Positions 9,853 through 17,758 of a stretch of 32,000 nt of DNA are shown here, piece after piece. Made by a program: the position numbers and the translations under genes. Position 1 is the first letter of the stretch, and every line of letters starts with the position of its first letter. The DNA is from Methylophaga frappieri (lineage in GTDB: Bacteria > Pseudomonadota > Gammaproteobacteria > Nitrosococcales > Methylophagaceae), in assembly GCF_000260965.1 (NCBI RefSeq), contig NC_017856.1, forward strand, positions 2,100,001-2,132,000, read 5' to 3'. A model generated the notes under the pieces. It worked only from the letters and a program-made list of their open reading frames with translations, ran no database searches and had not been told where the DNA came from.

Positions 9853-10197
9853 ATGATGAACCCGTTAACTTTTTATAAATGCCTTGCAGACGGCACCCGT
9901 TTGCGGTGTCTGATATTGGTTCAACTCCATGGTGAATTATGTGTCTGCGAATTAATGAACGCTTTGGATGAGACGCAACCGAAAGTTTCTCGACATTTGG
10001 CACAACTTAGAAAATGCGGCCTGTTGCTTGATAGACGGCAGGGACAGTGGGTTTTTTATCGGATAAATCCAGCGTTACCGGATTGGACAAAGTCGATACT
10101 GGCGATGACGGCTGAGCAAAACCGCGATTTTATCAATAAGCATAATCAACGACTTACAGAAAAGGCGAATCGGCCTGAGCAGCAATGCTGTGAGTAA
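9853..10197 (+). CDS. arsR: ArsR/SmtB-family arsenite-responsive repressor
   Basis: Motif ELCVCELMNALDETQPKVSRHLAQLRKCGLLLDRRQGQWVFYRI is very close to the R773/E. coli ArsR metal site (ELCVCDL) plus wHTH. It heads an ars-type operon. It also ends in a C-terminal Cys pair (EQQCCE). Confidence 0.88.
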   Translation: MMNPLTFYKCLADGTRLRCLILVQLHGELCVCELMNALDETQPKVSRHLAQLRKCGLLLDRRQGQWVFYRINPALPDWTKSILAMTAEQNRDFINKHNQRLTEKANRPEQQCCE

Positions 10198-10198
10198 C

Positions 10199-10729
10199 AT
10201 GAGTACGGTTCGAATGGCACAACTACACCCCTTTACCGTTGTTTCTTTACCAAATGGTGGCCGATTTTTGTTTACATCGTGTCCGGGCACACAAGAGGCG
10301 TCAATGGGTGATGCACTGCAAACGTTCGTAAAGGCAGGGGCCTCGGTGGTTGTGACGGTGTTACCTGATGAAGAAATGGCCAGTTTACAGGTCCCTGAAC
10401 TTGGTCAACAAGTTGTTACAAATGGGCTGCAATGGTTTCAGTTACCAGTCAAAGATAACGCAAAGCCAGATCAGGCGTTTTTGGCGTTATTGTCGGGCGT
10501 CAAGTCAACGTTAATTTCACATATCCAACAACGTGAAACTATCGTCATCCACTGCCGCGGCGGCTCTGGACGAACTGGGTTAATTGCAGCCGTTTTATTA
10601 CTTGAGTGTGGTTATCACTGGGATCAAGTAAAAGCATTAGTGCAATCTGCTCGCCCTAAGGCATTGACCTTACCTCAACATCTAAATTTTTTAAATGAAC
10701 AATATCAAGTAGGTAAATATGCGTATTAA
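10199..10729 (+). CDS. Cytoplasmic dual-specificity / CDKN3-like protein-tyrosine-phosphatase-fold protein (HCX5R)
   Basis: P-loop [20 protein letters not shown] (HCxxGxxRT), about 176 aa, no signal peptide. ATG 10199 is 1 nt after the arsR stop (the ORF track uses GTG 10190). The stop overlaps the gapdh start by 11 nt. Confidence 0.7.
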   Translation: MSTVRMAQLHPFTVVSLPNGGRFLFTSCPGTQEASMGDALQTFVKAGASVVVTVLPDEEMASLQVPELGQQVVTNGLQWFQLPVKDNAKPDQAFLALLSGVKSTLISHIQQRETIVIHCRGGSGRTGLIAAVLLLECGYHWDQVKALVQSARPKALTLPQHLNFLNEQYQVGKYAY

Positions 10730-11732
10730 AGTTGGAATAAATGGCTTTGGCCGAATTGGAAGATTAGCGTTACGGGCAGCATTTACTTGGCCAGAAGTCG
10801 AGTTTGTGCAGATTAATGATCCGGCAGGAGATACAGAAACCTTGGCTCATTTGTTGAACTTTGACTCTGTTCAAGGGCGCTGGCAGTTTGAGGCAAAAGC
10901 TGAAGGGGAGTACATCGTTATTAATGAAACGCGTCTTCGTTGTACAAGAAATACCACGATTAATGAGACCGACTGGTCAGCTTGTGATGTGGTGATAGAA
11001 GCCAGCGGTAAAATGAAAAATAAAGCCACGCTGCAGGCCTATTTACAGCAAGGCGTAAAACGTGTCGTTGTCACAGCGCCAGTCAAAGAAGACGGTGTCT
11101 TGAATGTGGTGATGGGCGTAAATGATGACAAATATGAGAAATCCCATCACCGTATTGTGACTGCAGCGTCCTGCACGACCAACTCTTTGGCACCGGTTGT
11201 AAAGGTAATTCATGAAAATTTAGGCATTAAGCATGGTGCTATTACGACCATTCATGATGTGACGAATACACAGACAATTATCGACGCACCACATAAAGAC
11301 TTAAGACGAGCCCGCGCTTGCGGAAGCAGTTTGATACCAACCACAACGGGATCGGCCAAGGCTATTACTGCGATTTTTCCTGAACTGACGGGACGATTAA
11401 ATGGCCATGCTGTGCGTGTGCCACTGACCAATGCGTCATTGACGGATTGTGTTTTTGAAGTCGAAAAAAAGACCACGGTGTCAGCGGTAAATGGTTATTT
11501 AAAACAGGCAGCAGAAACCAATCTCAACGGCATTCTAGGTTATGAGACGCGGCCACTGGTTTCGATTGATTATAAAGGCGATTCGCGCTCCAGTATCGTT
11601 GACGCCTTATCGACAATGGTAATCAATGAAACCCAAGTCAAAATTTATACCTGGTATGACAATGAATGGGGTTACGCTAATCGGACGGTAGAGTTGATGA
11701 AATTAGTCGGCTTATCAGATTTAGAGGCTTAG
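10719..11732 (+). CDS. gap: Glyceraldehyde-3-phosphate dehydrogenase, ars-operon-associated copy
   Basis: N-terminus [15 protein letters not shown] (NAD-binding), catalytic [11 protein letters not shown]-terminus [11 protein letters not shown]. It is embedded between arsR and an ArsJ-like MFS gene. Confidence 0.9.
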   Translation: MRIKVGINGFGRIGRLALRAAFTWPEVEFVQINDPAGDTETLAHLLNFDSVQGRWQFEAKAEGEYIVINETRLRCTRNTTINETDWSACDVVIEASGKMKNKATLQAYLQQGVKRVVVTAPVKEDGVLNVVMGVNDDKYEKSHHRIVTAASCTTNSLAPVVKVIHENLGIKHGAITTIHDVTNTQTIIDAPHKDLRRARACGSSLIPTTTGSAKAITAIFPELTGRLNGHAVRVPLTNASLTDCVFEVEKKTTVSAVNGYLKQAAETNLNGILGYETRPLVSIDYKGDSRSSIVDALSTMVINETQVKIYTWYDNEWGYANRTVELMKLVGLSDLEA

Positions 11733-11737
11733 CAGCG

Positions 11738-12961
11738 ATGACGGCCTTGTCTCGGTTATCGGTTGAAATTCGCCAGTACTTGATTGTTACTGGAAATTAT
11801 TGGGCATTTACGCTGACAGATGGTGCATTACGGATGTTGGTCGTATTGCATTTTTATGCCCTGGGTTACAGTCCGCTCGAAATTGCCATGCTGTTTTTGT
11901 TTTATGAGTTTTTTGGTGTGGTAACGAATTTAGTTGGTGGCTGGCTTGGCGCAAAATATGGCCTTAACAAAACCATGAATATTGGGCTTTTTATACAGAT
12001 TTTAGCCCTATCAATGTTGTTAGTCCCCAATGAAAACCTGACGGTAATGTGGGTGATGGCTGCACAGGCCTTATCGGGCATTGCCAAAGATTTAAATAAA
12101 ATGAGTGCCAAAAGTGCGATCAAACTTTTGGTGCCAGATGATGCTCAGGACAAGTTGTATCGCTGGGTTGCAATACTGACGGGATCTAAAAATGCGCTCA
12201 AGGGCGTTGGCTTTTTTTTGGGCGGCGCCTTATTGACTCTCATCGGTTTTAAAGCAGCGATATTGTTTATGGCTTTGGGCTTATTTGCCGTTTGGCTCTT
12301 TAGTCTTGTTGCATTAAATAAAGAAATGGGGCGTGCCAAATATAAACCTAAATTTTCACAAATATTTTCTAAAAGTCGTTCTGTGAATATTCTGTCAGCG
12401 GCTCGACTTTTTTTGTTTAGTGCTCGTGATATTTGGTTTGTTGTCGCCTTGCCCGTATATTTATCGACGCAACTTGGCTGGAATCATTGGTATGTTGGTG
12501 GATTCTTGGCGATATGGGTGATTGGTTATGGTTTTGTACAAAGTGTGGCACCAAAAATAACGGGTAAGACTTCGTCAAACGACTCTACATCAAGTCATGC
12601 GCTTTTTTGGGCGTTGATTCTTTCTCTCATCCCTGCAGCTATCGCGATAGCGTTGTATGCGGATTGGTATCCGGTAGGATCTCTGCTTATCGGGTTGATG
12701 ATTTTTGGTGTCTTATTTGCCATTAACTCCGCATTACACAGCTATCTGATTGTCAGTTTTGCTGATGCGCAGGGGGTTTCTTTAGATGTCGGTTTTTATT
12801 ACATGGCAAATGCCATGGGCCGGCTCATTGGCACTGTCTTATCAGGTTGGTTATTTCAGTCATATGGACTAGAAATGTGTCTTGCGATCTCCGCGATATT
12901 TATTGCAATTGTTGCCTGGATTTCCTACTTTCTGCCAAATAAGATAACAACGCCATCATAA
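11738..12961 (+). CDS. arsJ: MFS permease, ArsJ-like (1-arseno-3-phosphoglycerate efflux)
   Basis: 407 aa and highly hydrophobic, of 12-TM size. The N-terminal block GNYWAFTLTDGALRMLVVLHFYALGYSPLEIAMLFLFYEFFGVVTNL matches my recollection of the ArsJ family. It starts 5 nt after the gapdh stop. Confidence 0.75.
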   Translation: MTALSRLSVEIRQYLIVTGNYWAFTLTDGALRMLVVLHFYALGYSPLEIAMLFLFYEFFGVVTNLVGGWLGAKYGLNKTMNIGLFIQILALSMLLVPNENLTVMWVMAAQALSGIAKDLNKMSAKSAIKLLVPDDAQDKLYRWVAILTGSKNALKGVGFFLGGALLTLIGFKAAILFMALGLFAVWLFSLVALNKEMGRAKYKPKFSQIFSKSRSVNILSAARLFLFSARDIWFVVALPVYLSTQLGWNHWYVGGFLAIWVIGYGFVQSVAPKITGKTSSNDSTSSHALFWALILSLIPAAIAIALYADWYPVGSLLIGLMIFGVLFAINSALHSYLIVSFADAQGVSLDVGFYYMANAMGRLIGTVLSGWLFQSYGLEMCLAISAIFIAIVAWISYFLPNKITTPS

Positions 12962-13032
12962 CGGCATGCTTATCGTACAATGATATTGTGCGATAGGTTA
13001 CGCTGGCCATTTAGTAAAACGGATCCATATTG

Positions 13033-13365
13033 ATGTTCGAGTTAAAAACGTTTGGCTTATTTTTTGCCACGGCATTAGCTGAAATCCTCGGTTGCTATTT
13101 GCCTTATCTCTGGCTAAAGCAGGATAAATCAATCTGGCTGTTAATTCCTGCAGCGATAAGCTTGAGTGTTTTTGTCTGGTTACTCACCCTGCATCCTGTT
13201 GCGAGTGGTCGTGCTTATGCTGCCTATGGCGGTGTTTATATATTCACGGCATTATGCTGGTTGTGGGCAGTTGACGGGATTAAGCCAAACCAGTGGGACC
13301 TCCTTGGTGGCTTTCTGGCTTTGCTCGGAATGGCTGTTATTATGTTTGCACCACGCTATGCCTGA
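13033..13365 (+). CDS. ynfA: YnfA/UPF0060-family small membrane protein
   Basis: About 110 aa with four hydrophobic segments. Motifs [20 protein letters not shown] and [12 protein letters not shown] are characteristic of YnfA. ATG 13033 is preferred over the TTG at 13030. Confidence 0.85.
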   Translation: MFELKTFGLFFATALAEILGCYLPYLWLKQDKSIWLLIPAAISLSVFVWLLTLHPVASGRAYAAYGGVYIFTALCWLWAVDGIKPNQWDLLGGFLALLGMAVIMFAPRYA

Positions 13366-13393
13366 GCTGCAGATAGAGCAAATGGAATAGGTG

Positions 13394-14257
13394 ATGTTTG
13401 AGTCACTCGATGCTTTGTCGTTAAATTTACCAAGTGAGATTGTTGTGTCTGATTCGTTGATTGGCCTGATTATCAGCAGTGTCATCTTGATCACCGCTGT
13501 ACTGATATTGCGTGCACTGGCTGCCCGGTTTATAAGGCAAAAAATCGAATCTTATGAATTGCGTCGCCGGTGGTTGGTGCAGTCACGCAATGGTCTGATT
13601 CTGTTTATGGCGCTGGGTTTGATATTTATTTGGGGTCAGGAATTACGCACCTTGGCGTTGTCCGTGGTGGCGATTGCCGTTGCGTTTGTGGTGGCGACGA
13701 AAGAGTTGATCCTGTGTGTCATGGGGTCGCTTTTGAAAACCGGGGCAGGATCCTTCACTATCGGCGATAGAATTCAGGTCAAGGAATTTCGCGGTGATGT
13801 TATCGATCAGAACCTGCTGGCAACGACGATTCTCGAAGTTGGGCCGGGTCAGCTTATTCATCAGCGAACTGGGCGACTGGTGGTATTACCAAATGCCATC
13901 TTTGTTGCTGAGCCAGTGATTAATGAAAGCTATACCAACGATTACACGCTACATGTATTTACGGTGCCGTTCAAACGCGAAGATGATTGGCAGGCAGCCC
14001 AAAAGGCCTTTTTAAAGGCGGCTCAGCGACATTGTCAGCCTTACTTGGAAGAAGTGCGCAACTACATGAACCAGATTAGTCGTCATCGTGGTGTCGAAGT
14101 ACCCTCTGTCGAGCCGCGTGTCACCCTGCAAGTACCGGAAGCTGATGAAATTCATCTGGTCATTCGTATTCCAGCCCGGGCGTTTCAACGTGTCCAGGTT
14201 GAACAAGCGATCTTGAATGAGGCATTGACGGGCATTCTCAGTCCTGTGGAACCTTGA
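13394..14257 (+). CDS. MscS-family small-conductance mechanosensitive channel
   Basis: Three N-terminal TM segments are followed by the MscS beta-domain signature GDRIQVKEFRGDVIDQNLLATTILE...VVLPNAIF. ATG 13394 is preferred (the track uses GTG 13391). Confidence 0.8.
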   Translation: MFESLDALSLNLPSEIVVSDSLIGLIISSVILITAVLILRALAARFIRQKIESYELRRRWLVQSRNGLILFMALGLIFIWGQELRTLALSVVAIAVAFVVATKELILCVMGSLLKTGAGSFTIGDRIQVKEFRGDVIDQNLLATTILEVGPGQLIHQRTGRLVVLPNAIFVAEPVINESYTNDYTLHVFTVPFKREDDWQAAQKAFLKAAQRHCQPYLEEVRNYMNQISRHRGVEVPSVEPRVTLQVPEADEIHLVIRIPARAFQRVQVEQAILNEALTGILSPVEP

Positions 14258-14329
14258 AAAGTCTTTTACCTTTTTGCCTCTTTTTTTGTTATAAAAATAA
14301 CGCGGTATCCCATTTTTCAGGAGAGTCAA

Positions 14330-14728
14330 ATGAGTATGATGCAGGAATTCAAGAAATTCGCCTTACGTGGCAATGTTGTCGATATGGCGGTCGGTATTAT
14401 CATTGGTGCGGCTTTTGGCAAAATCGTCTCATCACTGGTGTCGGATATTATCATGCCGCCAATCGGCTTAATGCTGGGCGGGGTTGATTTTAAAGATCTC
14501 GCGATAGTACTCAAAGACGCGGTTGGCGATACGCCTGCCGTATTAATTTCTTATGGTCAGTTTATTCAAACCATCATTGATTTCCTGATTATTGCGTTGG
14601 CCATTTTTGTGGCGGTGAAAGTGATGAATTCAATGAAACGCAAAGAAGAAGCGGCGCCTAAGGCACCGCCTGAGCCATCTAAAGAAGAGCTGTTATTAAC
14701 AGAGATTCGTGACTTATTGAAAAAATAA
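14330..14728 (+). CDS. mscL: Large-conductance mechanosensitive channel
   Basis: Motif [40 protein letters not shown] is the canonical MscL N-terminus and TM1. 132 aa. AGGAG lies upstream. Confidence 0.95.
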   Translation: MSMMQEFKKFALRGNVVDMAVGIIIGAAFGKIVSSLVSDIIMPPIGLMLGGVDFKDLAIVLKDAVGDTPAVLISYGQFIQTIIDFLIIALAIFVAVKVMNSMKRKEEAAPKAPPEPSKEELLLTEIRDLLKK

Positions 14729-14733
14729 CTAAG

Positions 14734-15162
14734 TTACGAATCAGGTTGTTGGCAGGCGCTGGGCAACATGGCCAGCGCCATTTCAGTATCATAGGTTTGC
14801 TGTTTATGCTCTTTTAAAAAGAACAATTGAATCTGGTAGGCTTTTTGTTCTAATGCAATTCTCTCTTGGCAAGACATGCCTGTTGCTGACAACTTACCTT
14901 GCTTGTGCTGAAGAAAATGTACCATTTCATGCACCAGAAAACTTCGATCATAATGATCGGTACTGAAATCCATATTCTCATTATAAAAAATGGTTTCTGT
15001 ATCGGCATCGTAGTAAGCAACCGCATTACAAAGAACACCGCCACACACCTCATCCATAATCGTTTTAGTTGGCAGAGCAGTGATGTTTGGTCGCATATCC
15101 GGGTCGGGATAGCCACTTAAAGTGACCGCCCAGATAAATAACTGTTCAACTAGGGTTTTCAT
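14734..15162 (-). CDS. Small HExxH (zincin-like) protein, function unknown
   Basis: 142-aa ORF with FLVHEMVHFLQH preceded by AVAYYDADTETIFYNENMDF. This arrangement is reminiscent of minimal HExxH domains of the ...HELxHVxQ type. No clear signal peptide. The start overlaps the upstream stop (ATGA 15159-15162). Confidence 0.6.
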   Translation of the reverse strand: MKTLVEQLFIWAVTLSGYPDPDMRPNITALPTKTIMDEVCGGVLCNAVAYYDADTETIFYNENMDFSTDHYDRSFLVHEMVHFLQHKQGKLSATGMSCQERIALEQKAYQIQLFFLKEHKQQTYDTEMALAMLPSACQQPDS

Positions 15163-15746
15163 GGTGTGGTCGCAGGCTTGTTATCGAACAAATGAACAAT
15201 GGCGTCGGCATGTGACAAATTTTGCCTTCTCAACGTGACATACTGTGCACACAAATCGCCATAAACATACTGGTGAGAGGTACTATCAATGTGATTGGCA
15301 AAATCAGTGAGTAGCTCATCAACATCTGCTTCAATACCTTGTTCATTCAACTGATTACTGATTTGTACGGTACGGTTAGCAATTACTCGCGGAGTATCGT
15401 GTACGTAAGGTGTAATTTTTTCAAAGCGACTGGTATAAAAGCTAGCTTGTCGATTGGCATCCGGGTTTTGTTCAAGGTAAAGCGATAATAACCAGTCTTC
15501 TGGTGCGGTCAGATCCCCAACGGATAACATTTCCGGTGGGACATAATCAGGCATACCTTGTTGCAGATATTGCGGGATAGGCTTAACTGCCGCGTAATCC
15601 TCGCCCTCAATAGCGCTGATTTCAGGCTCATCACTGCAGGCGCTGAGCATCGTGACCGATGTGGAGCAAACTACTACACCGATTAAATAACGTGCTTTAT
15701 TCAGAAATTGCCACGCCATAAATTTCTCCATATCGGGCATTGGCAT
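15159..15746 (-). CDS. Predicted lipoprotein, function unknown
   Basis: ORF of up to 195 aa. The N-terminus ...KARYLIGVVVCSTSVTMLSAC carries a lipobox (LSAC). The mature part is acidic. Probable starts are at 15731 or 15719. Any start overlaps the 3' end of the upstream ORF. Confidence 0.6.
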   Translation of the reverse strand: MPMPDMEKFMAWQFLNKARYLIGVVVCSTSVTMLSACSDEPEISAIEGEDYAAVKPIPQYLQQGMPDYVPPEMLSVGDLTAPEDWLLSLYLEQNPDANRQASFYTSRFEKITPYVHDTPRVIANRTVQISNQLNEQGIEADVDELLTDFANHIDSTSHQYVYGDLCAQYVTLRRQNLSHADAIVHLFDNKPATTP

Positions 15747-16092
15747 GGTCCCGAGTGACAGCTTCAGCGCTCACTAATTCCCAATGCTGTCTGGCTTCAA
15801 ATACTTTGCTGCAGCCCAATGGTTGCTGAGTGCGTGGTGCTAAAGCAAACATGGATCGACCCCCTTGTCTTACGTCAGAAAAGAAACGATCCAAGTGCAT
15901 GTCGATAACCTCCTTGTCATGCAGGTTTTGCACAACAATACGCAACCCCCCTTTTTTCTCACAGTCTTCATCAGGAATTTCGGCGAAATTCACAAAGTCT
16001 GCGATCGATTTTTCAGCAGACCAAGCTGCGCCGCCAGCTGAAAGCAATAAACTGGTAGAAAAAAACGTTGCTAAAAGGTAACGATAGTTCAT
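15697..16092 (-). CDS. Small secreted protein, function unknown (occupies the slot after mxaL)
   Basis: 131 aa. Signal peptide MNYRYLLATFFSTSLLLSAGGAAWS|AE. Two Cys residues in the mature part. I recognised no motif. It begins 95 nt downstream of the mxaL stop. Confidence 0.6.
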   Translation of the reverse strand: MNYRYLLATFFSTSLLLSAGGAAWSAEKSIADFVNFAEIPDEDCEKKGGLRIVVQNLHDKEVIDMHLDRFFSDVRQGGRSMFALAPRTQQPLGCSKVFEARQHWELVSAEAVTRDHANARYGEIYGVAISE

Positions 16093-16187
16093 ATAACCCT
16101 CGGTGTTATGCTTATGGAGAATTGACCCGTTATGCCACGAAAGAGTTTCACCCGATCAAAATAAAAAATCAGATCAGGATCTTAAAT

Positions 16188-17192
16188 CTAAGCGAGGTTT
16201 TTCATGCGAATTTTCCGCAACCACGATGGCATTCGCAATGCTGGAATATAGGCCATGATAAGAAGTAGCAGACTCAATGCGGCAGGAATCGCGCTCAAAT
16301 CCGTTTTTCTCACTTGTGGTCTGGCAAAATCTGAATGCGTCATCGCTTCTAATAACATGGCTGAATCTTGCAGGTGGTGAAAATGCATACCGGCTTTTTC
16401 AGCCAATTCCTCAAGATACTCAATACGCACACTGGAGAGATGTTCACTGCCTGTTTGTTTATTTTTACCCCAAGGCGCATTCCGAGGAACATAACCTTCA
16501 ATTTTTTCAGGATCTTCCGGCAAGCCAAATGTCGTGTTATGTGGCACATCTTGTGCGGTATAAAAACCGATTTGATTACCGTCCTCATCATACTTAGGAA
16601 TCCGGCTCAGTGCTGTGTCACCTGTTCCGATGATGAGTCCTTTCACCGGGGTGCGGGGTTGTTCTTCATTGCCAAACTGTAGTTCGCGCAAGTCAGGCTG
16701 ATAGCGTGGATTAATCGGTGGCGCTTCATGACCATCGGTAAAAAACAATAAGGTATTGTCTTCAAGCGACAGGGTTCGAACTAATTGAATACTGTTTTCC
16801 AAAGCCAGCATGATATTGCTGTCTGCCACCCAAGCCATCCGCCAGTCAATTCGGTTGATGGTCTCTCTTAACTCAGTAAAGTCTTTACATATCTCCACCG
16901 GTGTATAAAGCATGGTTGGAGTGCGCTCGGTAAAAATGCCAATACCAACACGAGAACCACATGGCAGTCCGCGAATTGTCTCCAGCATATCTGCTTTAAC
17001 TTTATCTAATCGACTGATTGGGTTCCCCGAAGCGCCCTGATAATCACGCACATTCATGCTGCGAGTAATATCAACCAACATGAAATAATCAAATTTTTTG
17101 CCGGGAAACGGCAAATCAGGCATCACAATCGCCAGGCCCATCAAAATCAGAGCCGCTAACATTAGCCAGCGAGAACGTAGCATAGCGTTCAT
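16188..17192 (-). CDS. mxaL: MxaL, vWA-domain MDH maturation protein
   Basis: N-terminal TM, vWA MIDAS-like LVDITRSM, C-terminal TM. It is the last member of the RSACKL series, with an ATGA overlap with mxaK (17189-17192). Confidence 0.8.
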   Translation of the reverse strand: MNAMLRSRWLMLAALILMGLAIVMPDLPFPGKKFDYFMLVDITRSMNVRDYQGASGNPISRLDKVKADMLETIRGLPCGSRVGIGIFTERTPTMLYTPVEICKDFTELRETINRIDWRMAWVADSNIMLALENSIQLVRTLSLEDNTLLFFTDGHEAPPINPRYQPDLRELQFGNEEQPRTPVKGLIIGTGDTALSRIPKYDEDGNQIGFYTAQDVPHNTTFGLPEDPEKIEGYVPRNAPWGKNKQTGSEHLSSVRIEYLEELAEKAGMHFHHLQDSAMLLEAMTHSDFARPQVRKTDLSAIPAALSLLLLIMAYIPALRMPSWLRKIRMKNLA

Positions 17193-17758
17193 GGCAGACC
17201 TATCGGAAATCCGGGCATTGCTGACCAGAGCTCATCACTTTTCTCTTGGCTTTCTTCCAGTACCCTGGCTTCACCGAGCGGTAAATCGCGTGATAAACGT
17301 TGTGCCGCTTCGTAATTGTATTTTGCCAGCCAAAAATCCGGATCGATGACTAAGGCTGAACGGAAGAAATCTTTAGCCACGTCGGCCATGGCAGTCGCCC
17401 GATCAACAGAGAGATTTTCGGCCATTTCGATAGCCTGAATCAGATAAAGATTGCCTAAATTGTAGTAAATTTGCCGTTTTTCATTCTCATCAGCAAAACG
17501 TTCTGTACCACTGTACGTTTCTACCGCTTCGTCAACCAAAAGTAATTCAGCTTGTTTGTAGGCATAGGCAATGCGCACCATGGCCGACTGCATATTGAGC
17601 CTGGCCGGATCAGGTAGCGTTTCCTGATTGATCATCCTTATCTGTTTATTGGTACGTTGCGCTTGATAGAGCTCAAAGGATTGCCACAGCAAGGCACCAA
17701 GCGCGAGTAATAGCAGGAAACCGCAGACAGTGGTAAGAGTACTTCGACGCAGTATCAT
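17189..17758 (-). CDS. mxaK: MxaK, TM plus TPR-like MDH maturation protein
   Basis: 189 aa. An N-terminal TM is followed by TPR-like helices (YYNLGNLYLIQAIEMAENL...FFRSALVIDPDFWLAKYNYEAA). The assignment rests mainly on its position between two vWA genes in an mxa cluster. Confidence 0.7.
   Translation of the reverse strand: MILRRSTLTTVCGFLLLLALGALLWQSFELYQAQRTNKQIRMINQETLPDPARLNMQSAMVRIAYAYKQAELLLVDEAVETYSGTERFADENEKRQIYYNLGNLYLIQAIEMAENLSVDRATAMADVAKDFFRSALVIDPDFWLAKYNYEAAQRLSRDLPLGEARVLEESQEKSDELWSAMPGFPIGLP

Noticed and set aside
9776-10003. 75-aa minus-strand ORF overlapping the arsR start
   Set aside because: It is antisense to a well-supported arsR, extends into AT-rich promoter DNA, and has no motif or RBS. 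It is a shadow ORF.
10719-11732. GAPDH as the housekeeping glycolytic gap gene
   Set aside because: It overlaps the preceding phosphatase-fold gene and is followed after 5 nt by an ArsJ-like MFS gene, all under an ArsR. This context fits the arsenate-detoxifying GAPDH/ArsJ pair better than central metabolism. A housekeeping copy is expected elsewhere in the genome.
9352-14728. tRNA-Met-linked genomic island (ars operon, ynfA, mscS-like, mscL)
   Set aside because: I saw no integrase, transposase or plasmid genes, and no second copy of the tRNA-Met 3' end anywhere downstream. Only the AT-rich spacer hints at an insertion. It is kept as a low-level finding about the spacer, not as a mobile-element call.
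15697-16092. Calling the 131-aa ORF after mxaL mxaD purely by position
   Set aside because: It is much smaller than the 17-kDa MxaD. I see no SRPBCC-like pattern in it, whereas the ORF at 27828-28361 has both the size and the pattern. It is left as unknown.
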